64,000 bases of DNA from an uncultured Actinomycetota bacterium (GTDB lineage Bacteria > Actinomycetota > Thermoleophilia > RBG-16-64-13): positions 324,667-388,666 of the forward strand of contig CAWAOX010000015.1 in the NCBI GenBank assembly GCA_963783835.1, read 5' to 3'. The position numbers were made by a program, and so were the translations under genes. Positions 30,673-43,151 of this stretch are shown piece by piece. How positions within the stretch are numbered: position 1 is the first letter of the stretch; each line of letters begins with the position of its first letter. The notes under the pieces were generated by a model, which was not told where the DNA came from, did no database searches, and worked only from the letters and a program-made list of their open reading frames with translations.

Positions 30673-31917
30673 ATGGTCAACGGGTACTTCATCGCTGCGC
30701 TCGTCGGGTTGCTCGTCGTCGAGACGATCAATTGGACCGCCCGGCTGCTCAACCTCAAGGCGCTCAGACCCGAGCTGCCACCGGAGTTTGCCGACGTGTA
30801 CGACGCGGAGGCCTACCGCCGGTCGCAGGAGTACACCAGGGTCAATACTCGCTTCCACCTCGTCGAAAGCATGTTCGACCTGGCCGTGCTTCTTGTCTTC
30901 TGGTTCGTCGGCGGCTTCGGGTGGCTGGATGGAGTCGTGCGAAGTTGGGGTCTCAACCCGATCTGGACCGGGCTTCTCTTCTTCCTGATCCTGGCCGTCG
31001 CCCGGGGGATCCTGGGCCTGCCCTTCAACCTCTGGGCGGTCTTCGTCATCGAGGAGCGCTTCGGCTTCAACCGCACCACGGCCGGCACTTTCGTCCTCGA
31101 CCTGTTGAAAGGGCTGGCGGTCGGGACGGTCATCGGCGTCCCTCTCATGGTCGGCTTCCTTGCTCTATTCGAGTACGGGGGACAGTTCGCCTGGATCTAC
31201 GCCTGGGTGGCCGTGGTCGCCTTCTCGTTCCTCATGCAGATCCTGGCGCCGGCGCTGATCATGCCCCTGTTCAACAAGTTCACCCCGATTGAAGACGGCG
31301 AGCTGAAAGACGCCATTCTGGGCTATGCCAAGCGGGTGGATTTCCCTCTGGAGGGCGTATTCTCGATCGACGCCTCCCGCCGCTCGAGCAAAGGGAACGC
31401 CTTTTTCACAGGATTCGGGAAGAGAAAAAGGATCGCGCTCTTCGATACCTTGATCGAGCGCCACAGCACCGAAGAACTCGTCGCCGTTCTTGCGCACGAG
31501 GTGGGCCACTACAAGAAGCGGCATATCCTCATCGGGACCGTCATCTCCGCCCTCGAGGCGGGACTGTTCCTGGGCCTCTTCTCGCTCCTCGTGGACCAGA
31601 CCGCTCTATTCACGGCGTTCGGGGTCGACTCTCCGTCGGTGTACGCGGGGGTGATCTTCGTGGCTATCCTGCTGCAGCCTTTGGAGCTTGTCCTCTCTGT
31701 CGGGGGGGCCGCGCTCTCGCGGCGCCACGAGAGGCAGGCGGACCGCTTCGCAGTGGAGACGACAGGGCGGGGTGACCTTCTCGCGTCGGGGCTCAAGCGG
31801 CTGTCTAAGGACAATCTGAGCAATCTCACGCCCCACCCGTTCTACGTATTCCTCAACTACTCTCATCCCCCGACGCTTGAGCGGGTGAGGGCGCTAGAGG
31901 CGGCCCCGGCCGCATGA
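30673..31917 (+). CDS. M48-family zinc metallopeptidase (Ste24/HtpX-like), membrane
   Basis: 414 aa. Multiple TM segments and the HEXXH site LAHEVGHYKKRH. Confidence 0.82.
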   Translation: MVNGYFIAALVGLLVVETINWTARLLNLKALRPELPPEFADVYDAEAYRRSQEYTRVNTRFHLVESMFDLAVLLVFWFVGGFGWLDGVVRSWGLNPIWTGLLFFLILAVARGILGLPFNLWAVFVIEERFGFNRTTAGTFVLDLLKGLAVGTVIGVPLMVGFLALFEYGGQFAWIYAWVAVVAFSFLMQILAPALIMPLFNKFTPIEDGELKDAILGYAKRVDFPLEGVFSIDASRRSSKGNAFFTGFGKRKRIALFDTLIERHSTEELVAVLAHEVGHYKKRHILIGTVISALEAGLFLGLFSLLVDQTALFTAFGVDSPSVYAGVIFVAILLQPLELVLSVGGAALSRRHERQADRFAVETTGRGDLLASGLKRLSKDNLSNLTPHPFYVFLNYSHPPTLERVRALEAAPAA

Positions 31918-32918
31918 GGTACTCCTCCGGGCTGCTCCGGATAGGCCTGGCCGGGGTCATCTGGGGCACGATCCCTCTGTTCATCCGCGTGGTCGACGTC
32001 TCGCCGTTCGTCATCGTGTTCTGGCGGGTAGTGTTCGGCGCGGCGGCGGCGCTGGTCTATCTGCTTGTCAGCCGAAAGATGGCGGCGCTTCGTCGGTTGG
32101 ACCGGCGGGCGGTCTTGGCGCTGGTGGCCGTCGGTGCGCTTCTGGCCGTCAACTGGATCCTGTTCCTGGGGGCGCTTTCGATGACCCGGGTGGCAGTCGC
32201 CGAACTCCTCGGTTACACGGGCCCCGTGTTCGTCGTGGCGCTGGCGCCGGTGATCGGGCGCGAGGCGTTCGATCGCAGGATCCTGCTGCCGTTGGCGCTC
32301 GCCCTGGGAGGGACGGGAATAATCCTCGGGCTTGGCGGCCTGTCGCTCGAAGGCGGGCGCAGCGTGCTCGGAGCGATCCTGGCCTTCTGCTCGGCGCTCA
32401 CCTATGCCGGCCTGATGCTGACAGGCAAACGGCTCATCCGCAGCATCGAGGCTCCGGTGCTGGTCTTCGGGGAGTATGTGGTCGCGTCCCTCCTGCTCCT
32501 TCCCGCCGCCCTCCTCCTTGCCGGCCCCTCGAGCCCTACGGAATGGGGAGCGCTCGTGACCCTGGGGGTGGTGCACACGACCGTGGCCACCCTGATCTTC
32601 TTCTCCGGTTTGCGCCACGTGCGTGCCGATCACGCCGCCGTGTTCATGTACGCGGAGCCGGTGACTGCGGTCATTTTCGCTGCTGTCTTCCTGTCCGAAC
32701 CCCTCGGCTGGGCCACTGCGGTCGGCGGAGCAGCCGTTGTGGCTGCGGGAATACTCGTCGCCCGCATGGCTCCGCGGGTCTCTCCACCCACCAGCATGGA
32801 GGCGCCTGCGGCGGTCGAAACGCCGGCGGGGCCCGAGGACGGGACGCCGGGGGCCGGTGGCGGGTTAGAATCAAAGGGAAGCGAGAATGCGACGGGCCCG
32901 AGACGAGGTCCAGAGTAG
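31914..32918 (+). CDS. EamA/DMT-family transporter
   Basis: 334 aa with 10 hydrophobic segments. N-terminal LAGVIWGTIPLFIRV. The Pro/Gly-rich C-terminal tail is low-complexity. Confidence 0.75.
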   Translation: MRYSSGLLRIGLAGVIWGTIPLFIRVVDVSPFVIVFWRVVFGAAAALVYLLVSRKMAALRRLDRRAVLALVAVGALLAVNWILFLGALSMTRVAVAELLGYTGPVFVVALAPVIGREAFDRRILLPLALALGGTGIILGLGGLSLEGGRSVLGAILAFCSALTYAGLMLTGKRLIRSIEAPVLVFGEYVVASLLLLPAALLLAGPSSPTEWGALVTLGVVHTTVATLIFFSGLRHVRADHAAVFMYAEPVTAVIFAAVFLSEPLGWATAVGGAAVVAAGILVARMAPRVSPPTSMEAPAAVETPAGPEDGTPGAGGGLESKGSENATGPRRGPE

Positions 32919-32927
32919 GAGGGGAGC

Positions 32928-33839
32928 ATGAGGATCGCGCTGATCGGGCAGGCCGCGTTCGGCGAAAAGGTGCTGAGGGCCCTCGTCGACGCCGGCGAGG
33001 AGGTGGCGGTCGTATATATGCCCCCGGACTCTCCCGGCGGCAAGGGCAACTCGTTCCGCGAAGCCACCGAGGCGCGAGGCGTCCCCGTGCGGCAGCCGGC
33101 GCGCATGCGCGACCCTGAGGTGTTCGAAGACTACAAGACCTTCGAGGCCGACCTCAACATCATGGCCTTTGTCACCGACATCGTGCCGCTGACGATGCTG
33201 AACCACGCGCCCCTGGGGACCATCCAGTATCACCCGTCGTTGCTGCCCCGGCACAGGGGGGCGAGCGCGATCAACTGGGCTGTCATCAACGGGGAGACGA
33301 AGACCGGGCTTTCGATCTTCTGGCCGGACGAAGGGCTCGACACCGGCCCTATCCTGCTTCAGAAAGAAGTGACCATCGAGCCTGACGACACCATCGGCAC
33401 GGTCTACTTCAACAAGCTGTTCACCCTGGGGGTAGAGGCCCTGCTCGAGTCGGTCCAGTTGGTCAAGCAGGGCAAGGCTCCCAGGATCGTCCAGGATCTC
33501 ACTCAGGGCGAGTACGAGCCCATCTGCAAGCGGATGGTGATCGACTGGATGTATCCGGTCGGCGTGGTCCACAATGTCATCCGGGGCTGCAACCCGTCGC
33601 CGGGGGCCGTGACCACCTTCAACGGCCAGGAACTCAAGGTGCTCGACTGCGAGAGGCGGGCAGTGAGCGGCGCGCAGGCTCCGGGGACCATCCTGGAGAT
33701 CGCCGACGATGGTTTCCTGGTGCTCGGTTGCGGGGGCAGCATCTTCGTCAACCGGGTGCAGCCGGCCGGGTCGGGCAAGGTGGCCGCCGCCGAGTTTGCG
33801 GCGAGCGCCGGGCTCAAAGTGGGGGACAGGCTGGGGTGA
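32928..33839 (+). CDS. fmt: methionyl-tRNA formyltransferase-family protein
   Basis: 303 aa. HPSLLPRHRGASAINWAVINGETKTG matches the Fmt catalytic loop and a C-terminal Fmt-like domain is present. No def gene adjacent, so assignment as the bona fide initiator formyltransferase is uncertain. Confidence 0.7.
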   Translation: MRIALIGQAAFGEKVLRALVDAGEEVAVVYMPPDSPGGKGNSFREATEARGVPVRQPARMRDPEVFEDYKTFEADLNIMAFVTDIVPLTMLNHAPLGTIQYHPSLLPRHRGASAINWAVINGETKTGLSIFWPDEGLDTGPILLQKEVTIEPDDTIGTVYFNKLFTLGVEALLESVQLVKQGKAPRIVQDLTQGEYEPICKRMVIDWMYPVGVVHNVIRGCNPSPGAVTTFNGQELKVLDCERRAVSGAQAPGTILEIADDGFLVLGCGGSIFVNRVQPAGSGKVAAAEFAASAGLKVGDRLG

Positions 33840-34330
33840 GCAAAACGCCTGGGGTATCCGGACCTCCGTTGACACCGGCCGGCGTCGGGCTCCGGCATTT
33901 GGCCCTCACCTCAACGGCAGACGCCCTGGGCTTCTCGACTGACTCGGATTTCCTCCGGTTGTACGGCGTGCTGACGGACTGGCATGTGGGTGAAGACGTC
34001 GCCTCTGTCGTGGCCATGCGTGACGGGACGGCCAGTCTGTACACGACGTCGACCTTCGGCATCATCGGGGGCCAGGCCCACGAGATTGTGCGGCGAGCCG
34101 CCGTGGAGTGCGTGAGGACTGCGGATAACCACTTCGACTCGAGTGAATCGGTGAACGATTTTCCGCTGCCGGCCGGCAATCAGGTGCTCTACTACCTCCT
34201 GGGCTACGACGGGGTCAGACGGTGTGCGGGAGATGCTGTCGCGGTCTGGGAGTTCTCCGACGCGACAACCCCTCTTTTTGCGGCAGCGCAGGAGGTATTG
34301 ACCGCCTTGAGGCTGTCCACCTCCCTGTAA
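33836..34330 (+). CDS. hypothetical protein
   Basis: GTG 33836 overlaps the fmt stop. About 164 aa with no recognisable motif. The track ORF 33728..34330 is over-extended into fmt. Confidence 0.4.
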   Translation: MSKTPGVSGPPLTPAGVGLRHLALTSTADALGFSTDSDFLRLYGVLTDWHVGEDVASVVAMRDGTASLYTTSTFGIIGGQAHEIVRRAAVECVRTADNHFDSSESVNDFPLPAGNQVLYYLLGYDGVRRCAGDAVAVWEFSDATTPLFAAAQEVLTALRLSTSL

Positions 34331-34347
34331 CGGAGCGAACGATCAGG

Positions 34348-34941
34348 ATGGGAAACGAAGATGCGCTTCTTGTCGAGCCCGGGTCGCGCGCGGAGTGGCG
34401 AGCATGGCTGGCAGAGCATGAAGGGCGCGCCGGAGGCATTTGGCTGGTGCTCCAAAAGGGTGCCGGAGCCCCGCTTTCGTATCCCGAAGCAGTCGAGGAG
34501 GCTCTGGCGGCTGGCTGGATCGACAGCAAGGCGAACAAACTCGACGCCATGCGGTACAGGGTCTGGCTTGCTCCTCGCAAACGGGGGAGCGGGTGGTCCC
34601 CGACGAACAAAGAGCGCGTCGCGCGCCTGACGGAAAGCGGGCTCATGACGTCGCGCGGCCTAGCTGTGGTCGAGGCGGCCAAATCGGACGGGTCTTGGAC
34701 GGCTCTGGATGCTGTCATGGCCCTTGAGATCCCCACTGATCTTAGAGAGGCACTCGACGCCGACCCGGCTGCTGCCGACCTCTTTGAGCGGTTCCCGGCA
34801 TCGTCGAAGAGGATCATCCTCGAGTGGATCCGGCAGACCAAGAACCCCGAGACCCGAAAACAGCGGATCGCAGAGACGGTATCATCGGCCGCCAATAACA
34901 TCCGGGCGCACCATTGGTCGCAGCCCAAGGGTCGTGGATAG
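34348..34941 (+). CDS. YdeI/OmpD-associated family protein
   Basis: ATG 34348. About 197 aa. WLAPRKRGSGWSPTNKERVARL and a C-terminal IILEWIRQTKNPETRKQRI are typical of this family. Confidence 0.6.
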   Translation: MGNEDALLVEPGSRAEWRAWLAEHEGRAGGIWLVLQKGAGAPLSYPEAVEEALAAGWIDSKANKLDAMRYRVWLAPRKRGSGWSPTNKERVARLTESGLMTSRGLAVVEAAKSDGSWTALDAVMALEIPTDLREALDADPAAADLFERFPASSKRIILEWIRQTKNPETRKQRIAETVSSAANNIRAHHWSQPKGRG

Positions 34942-35507
34942 TGTGTTCTGAGATCGTGCTTCGTCTTCCGCGTGAGGACGAGGAGCAGGAGTTCCTCCGC
35001 GCGCACCGATCGACATCGGCCGGTTACTCGAGCTTCCTTCATCACTACGAGGAAGGCATGCGTTTCACCCGCTATCTGGAGATACTTGTCGAGCAAGGGC
35101 GCGGGATCGGTGTTGCTCCTGACTACGTCCCCTCCACGTTCCTATTCGCCTTTGTCGGCCGGCGGATCGTGGGGAGAGTATCTATCCGCCACCATCTGAA
35201 TCCCGGTCTTGAGCGCAGGGGAGGCCACATCGGCTACGTCGTGGTGCCGGAGTTCCGGGGCAGAGGATACGCGACGGTGATGCTGCAGAAGGCCCTCCAG
35301 ATCGCTCGTGACGACTTCGGGCTTTCGCGAGTGCTCGTGACGTGTGACGACGACAACATCGCCTCGATGCGGACGATCGAGAAGTGCGGCGGCGTGCTGG
35401 AGGATATCGTCGATGGGCCGGACCTCCAGAAACCTCAGCGCCGGTACTGGATCGGCGGCAGCCGAAGTGTGCCGCCGGATCGCGGTGAGCGAGGGCGCCC
35501 GTTGTGA
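34941..35507 (+). CDS. GNAT-family N-acetyltransferase
   Basis: GTG 34941 (the track lists TTG 34914). Acetyl-CoA motif VVPEFRGRGYATVMLQKAL. Confidence 0.75.
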   Translation: MCSEIVLRLPREDEEQEFLRAHRSTSAGYSSFLHHYEEGMRFTRYLEILVEQGRGIGVAPDYVPSTFLFAFVGRRIVGRVSIRHHLNPGLERRGGHIGYVVVPEFRGRGYATVMLQKALQIARDDFGLSRVLVTCDDDNIASMRTIEKCGGVLEDIVDGPDLQKPQRRYWIGGSRSVPPDRGERGRPL

Positions 35508-36476
35508 AGGCTCCCATTCATTGGCTGCTCGCCGGCGAACCCTTCATCGAATATCGGACCAGGATGGACCTGCTCGGTACTCCAGCGGAGGACCGGCTGG
35601 TGCGCTCGGCCCGGCGGGACATGCTCGCAGATCCCAGGGTGCAAGGGCTCATCGACGAGCTTGCTGCTTGGCCAGGGACGGTCATCGCCAGTCACAAGAG
35701 CTCGAGCCAGCCCTTCCACAAGCTGACCTTTCTTGCCGACCTTGGTCTCTGCGCGGATGACACCGGCGTAGAGCCGATCATCCAGGCGATACTCGGTCGC
35801 CAGTCGTCCGAGGGGCCCTTCCAACTCCCCATGAACATCTCGCAGTCACACGGCGGCTCGGGGGCCGAAGTCTGGGCGTGGGCTCTTTGTGACGCCCCCC
35901 TCACCGTCTACTCACTCGCAGGATTCGGTCTACGCGAAGCGCCGGCGGTCAGAACCGCGGCGGAATACTTGATCGGACTCGTCCGGCAGAACGGCTGGCC
36001 TTGCGCCGTCTCGAAGGAACTGGGGTCGTTCCGCGGCCCCGGTCGCAAGGACGACCCTTGCCCGTTCGCCAATCTGGCCGTTCTCAAAGCCCTTGCCGAG
36101 TTCGAAGACCTCCGCGATGGGCCCGCCTGCCGTGCGGGCGCGGAAACGCTTCTTACCCTGTGGGTCGGAGAGTAGATCGAGACACCCATACATGTTCTAC
36201 ATGGGCACGGACTTTCGAAAACTCAAGGCGCCGTTCGTGTGGTACGACCTGCTGCACGTACTCGATGTCCTCTCGAAGTTCTCGTGGCTTTCGGAGGACG
36301 CGAGGCTCCGCGAGATGCTCGCCGTGCTTGCTGACAAAGCCGATGAGGCCGGACGGTTCACCGCGGAGTCGGTGTGGACGCCTTGGAAGGACTGGGAGTT
36401 CGGGCAGAAGCGCGAGCCGTCGCGATGGTTGACATTCCTGGCCTGGCGGATTCTCAACAAGATCGGGAGCGCGTGA
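35504..36476 (+). CDS. prenyltransferase/squalene-oxidase-repeat (alpha/alpha-toroid) family protein, apparently frameshifted
   Basis: Two overlapping ORFs (35504..36175 frame 2, then frame 0 to 36476) together look like one ~320 aa protein with QW-type repeats (VRQNGWPC, RQSSEGPFQ). The frame junction is near 36165-36180. The family call is low confidence. Confidence 0.4.
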
Positions 36477-36579
36477 ATGCTGCGGACACGGCCGCATCTT
36501 CCCACTCCCCGACCGATGCGATACGATTAGGCGACCTTTAATCGAGGCCTGTGAGCCCGAAAGGATGAGTGGTTGACGC

Positions 36580-39956
<3,377 letters not shown>

Positions 39957-39960
<4 letters not shown>

Positions 39961-40868
39961 CGGCGGCCTCCGTACCGACCTGGGAGCCGGCGGGCGGCTT
40001 GACCGCCACTCGCTCGCTCGCCCGGGTGGCCGCCAACCGGGCTCTTGGCAGCCTGGTCTGGCTCACGCTGGAGGTCACCGGGTGGCCGGGGGCGCGCCCG
40101 GGTCAGTTCGCCCTTCTTCAAGCACAGGACTCCCGGTGCTTTCTGGGCCGCGCGCTCTCGGTCTCTTGGGAAGAAAAGGGGTCTGTCTCCTTTCTTATCG
40201 CTCCGGTAGGAGGGGGGACGCGGGAACTGTGTGCGCTTCGCCCAGGGGAGCCGGTGTGGGTTCTCGGTCCCCTCGGCAACGGCTTCGACCTGGAGGCGCT
40301 GACCGCCGGGGCGGCTCGGGTAGTGATAGTGGCCGGGGGAGTCGGCGCCGCGCCCTTCCCCCTGCTGTTGCGGCGCCTCGGGGCCGTCGATGCCGGCGGC
40401 CGGTCTGCCGTCCGGGCCGCCGGCAGGCCCTTGGAGGTGCTCATCCTGCTCGGCTTCCGCGACGACGCTCAGGCTGAAGGCCGGTGGCCCCTCCTCGATG
40501 CGGCGGCGGATGCCGAAAAAGGACGGTCGGTGGCGTGTAGCGCGAAGATCGTTACTGAGGACGGGAGTCTCGGTGGCGCCGAAAAGGTGACCGACGCCCT
40601 CCGGCGCGAGCTCCGGCCGGGTGATCGCCTGGCGGTCTGCGGTCCCTGGGCCATGAGCGAGGCCGTGGCGCGGATCAGTAGCGCGGTCCCCGACGTGGAG
40701 GCTTGGTTCAGTCTCGAGGCAGGGATGGCCTGCGGGGTTGGATCGTGCCACGGCTGCGTCGTCCCGCTGGCCGACGGCACGACGGCCCGCGTGTGCCGGG
40801 AAGGACCGGTCTTCCCCTCCCATGCCCTTTTCCGCTTGGGCGCCGGCCCGGCTGGAGGAGCGTCGTGA
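39957..40868 (+). CDS. pyrK: dihydroorotate dehydrogenase electron-transfer subunit
   Basis: GTG overlaps the carB stop (GTGA). FAD/NAD-binding AGGVGAAPF and the C-terminal 2Fe-2S ligands CGVGSCHGC...C. Confidence 0.88.
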
Positions 40869-41833
40869 GCATGAACGTCCTGCCCGACCTCTCGGTCCGC
40901 CTCGGCCCGCTCCGACTCGAATATCCCCTGATCAACGCCTCCGGTACGATGGAGATACTCGATCTCGCGGAGGTCTTCGGCGTAGGGTTCCTCGACCATC
41001 CGGCCGTAGCCGCCTACGTCCCCAAAACGATCACCGTGGACGCGCGCAGTGGCAACCGGCCGCCCCGCATACTCGAGACCCCGGCGGGGATGATCAACGC
41101 CATCGGATTGTCCGGAGAGGGGCTCGAAGCTTTCGTTCTTCACCGCCTTCCGCGCCTGCTCCAGCTCCCATGCCCGCTGATCCTGAGCGTCGGTGGGTTC
41201 TCCCTCGAAGAATACGTCACTCTCGCCACGGGCCTCCGAGATGCTCTGCTCGCGGCAATAGGCGATCGCTGGCCGGCAAAGGCCGGGCTTGAACTCAACA
41301 TCTCTTGCCCCAACATTCACACCGGGTGCGTATCGATAGGCAGCGACCCGGGGGAGACCGAGCAGGTGGTCGGTGCCGTCAGAAGGGTGTGGCCCGGCCT
41401 CCTCGTGGCCAAGCTCACTCCGAACGTCACCGACATCGGCGCCATCGGACGGGCCGCCGAGGCGGGGGGCGCGGATGCCATCGCGGCGGTGAACACGTAC
41501 AAGGGGCTTGTCATCGATCGCGCCACTCTCAGGCCCTACCTGGGGAACATCACCGGGGGGCTGTCGGGGCCGGCCATCAAGCCTCTGGCTCTTCGCGCCG
41601 TGTACGATTTGTTCGAAAGCGTGACCGTGCCTATCGTCGGGATGGGCGGGGTGGCGACGGCGCAAGACGTCCTGGAGTTCATCTCTTGCGGGGCGCAGGT
41701 AGTGGCGGTCGGCTCGGCCGCGTTCCGTGAACCCGACCTCGGCGCGAGGCTTGCGGGCGAGATGGGAGCAGCGCTTCAGGCGCGCGGCCTGACGCTCGAG
41801 GCTCTTCGCGGCCAGGCACATTCCCCCTGCTGA
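40865..41833 (+). CDS. pyrD: dihydroorotate dehydrogenase (class 1B) catalytic subunit
   Basis: GTG 40865 overlaps the pyrK stop (alternative ATG at 40871). LINASGT, the FMN-binding NISCPN region, and the catalytic Cys of class 1 enzymes. Confidence 0.9.
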   Translation: MSMNVLPDLSVRLGPLRLEYPLINASGTMEILDLAEVFGVGFLDHPAVAAYVPKTITVDARSGNRPPRILETPAGMINAIGLSGEGLEAFVLHRLPRLLQLPCPLILSVGGFSLEEYVTLATGLRDALLAAIGDRWPAKAGLELNISCPNIHTGCVSIGSDPGETEQVVGAVRRVWPGLLVAKLTPNVTDIGAIGRAAEAGGADAIAAVNTYKGLVIDRATLRPYLGNITGGLSGPAIKPLALRAVYDLFESVTVPIVGMGGVATAQDVLEFISCGAQVVAVGSAAFREPDLGARLAGEMGAALQARGLTLEALRGQAHSPC

Positions 41834-41886
41834 GGCGCGTCTTCACGAGCTCGCCGGCGCGCTGTCGGGCGATGCCAGAAAGCGTA

Positions 41887-41914
41887 TTGCGTCCGCAAAC
41901 CTCGTGTGTATAAT
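41887..41914 (+). promoter_or_regulatory. candidate sigma-70-type promoter for mihF (-35 TTGCGT, 16-bp spacer, -10 TATAAT with adjacent upstream TG)
   Basis: Read from the sequence: ttgcgt at 41887-41892 and tataat at 41909-41914. This places a TSS near 41921, upstream of ATG 41943. Confidence 0.45.
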
Positions 41915-41942
41915 GGCGCCTGTGAACCAGCCCACGAGCATA

Positions 41943-42254
41943 ATGCCGCAAACTCCGGAGCGCAGTCAGCAGCAGCGCATGGACGCTCTTCGCAGAGCGA
42001 ACGACATCCGCTCGGAGAGGGCGCGGCTCAAAGAAGCGCTGCGCAATGGCGATATCGCCATCGTCGATGTCCTGACCGATCCGCCCTCCTGCGTGGCCAC
42101 GGCGAAGGTGCTCGATCTCGTGCTGGCCGTCCCGAAATACGGGCGCGTCAAGGCTAACAAGCTACTTGAGCGGTGCCGGGTCAGTTCATCCAAGACGGTC
42201 AACGGCCTGACGCCCCGCCAGCGCAAGGAACTGCTCGATATGCTGAGCAACTGA
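41943..42254 (+). CDS. mihF: integration host factor, actinobacterial type (mIHF)
   Basis: The C-terminus LTPRQRKELLDML and helix-hairpin-helix region match mIHF. It sits in the conserved position upstream of gmk-rpoZ-coaBC. ATG 41943 is chosen because the candidate promoter overlaps the upstream in-frame ATG and GTG. Confidence 0.75.
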   Translation: MPQTPERSQQQRMDALRRANDIRSERARLKEALRNGDIAIVDVLTDPPSCVATAKVLDLVLAVPKYGRVKANKLLERCRVSSSKTVNGLTPRQRKELLDMLSN

Positions 42255-42279
42255 CCGGCTCTTCTTTCTAGGAGCGGTC

Positions 42280-42870
42280 ATCGCCAGACTCATCGTCATC
42301 TCCGGCCCTTCGGGCGCCGGCAAAGGCACCCTTATCCGTAACGTGCTCCCGCTCTTCCCCGACTTGGTCGTGTCAGTCTCGGCTACCACTCGGCGCCGCC
42401 GGCCGAAGGAGGTAGAAGGCCGGGACTACTTCTTCCTCACCGATGACGAGTTCGGGAAGAGCATCGAGCGAGGGGAGTTCCTCGAGTGGGCCCGCTTCGC
42501 GGGACACTTCTACGGGACCCCCGAGAAGGCGGTCGCCGAGAACCTGGCGGCCGGGCGCGACGTGATCCTCGAGATCGAACTGGAGGGCGCCCGCGAGGTG
42601 CTGGAGAAGCGTCCGGAAGCGCTCATGATCTTCATAACTCCCCCGACCTTCGAGGAGTTGAGGCGGCGGCTGGAGGCGCGAAAGACCGATGACCCGGCGT
42701 CGATCGAGCGCCGTCTGGCCAGAGGAAAGGAAGAGATGGCAGCCGTGCTGAGCGGGGCGTGGCAGGCGCCCAGGCAATTCGACTATGTTATAGTAAACGA
42801 AAGTATTGGGGAGGCGAGCGACCAACTCGCCCGAATCATCCGGATGATCAAGGACGGGAATGGATAAACC
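42280..42870 (+). CDS. gmk: guanylate kinase
   Basis: P-loop ISGPSGAGKGTL then TTRRRRPKEVEGRDYFF, canonical Gmk. No ATG/GTG/TTG lies between the in-frame stop (42244-46) and the P-loop. AGGAG (42269-73) is followed 6 nt later by ATC 42280, so a non-canonical AUC start (or a base error) is proposed. The track ORF from GTG 42343 would lack the P-loop. Confidence 0.8.
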
Positions 42871-43129
42871 GACAGTCGACGAGGTCCTCACAGGTCTTGC
42901 CATCGCGCGAGAGGGCGACATCGAGGAGCCGAACCGCTACACCGCGGTGATGGTGACGGCCAAGCGGGCTCGCCAGATCAACTCCTACTATCACAGCCTT
43001 AACGAGGGGGGTGGCCTGGACGCATTCGCTCCGCCGCCGGTCCCCAGCTACTCGAAGAACTATCTGAGCATCGCCATGGCCGAAGCGGCCAGGGGCGAGA
43101 TCGTCTACAAGCTGCGTACGAACCGGTAG
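42860..43129 (+). CDS. rpoZ: DNA-directed RNA polymerase subunit omega
   Basis: 89 aa. RYTAVMVTAKRARQI is the omega-subunit signature. Overlaps the gmk end by 11 nt. Confidence 0.9.
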   Translation: MDKPTVDEVLTGLAIAREGDIEEPNRYTAVMVTAKRARQINSYYHSLNEGGGLDAFAPPPVPSYSKNYLSIAMAEAARGEIVYKLRTNR

Positions 43130-43151
43130 TCTTCGCCTCAAGGAGCGCTTG

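Noticed and set aside
36477-36579. Looked for a PyrR-binding anti-antiterminator loop upstream of carB
   Set aside because: No match to the PyrR box consensus (RUCCNGNGAGGYU). The closest segment, ggcctgtgagcc, differs at key positions. No pyrR gene is in the window.
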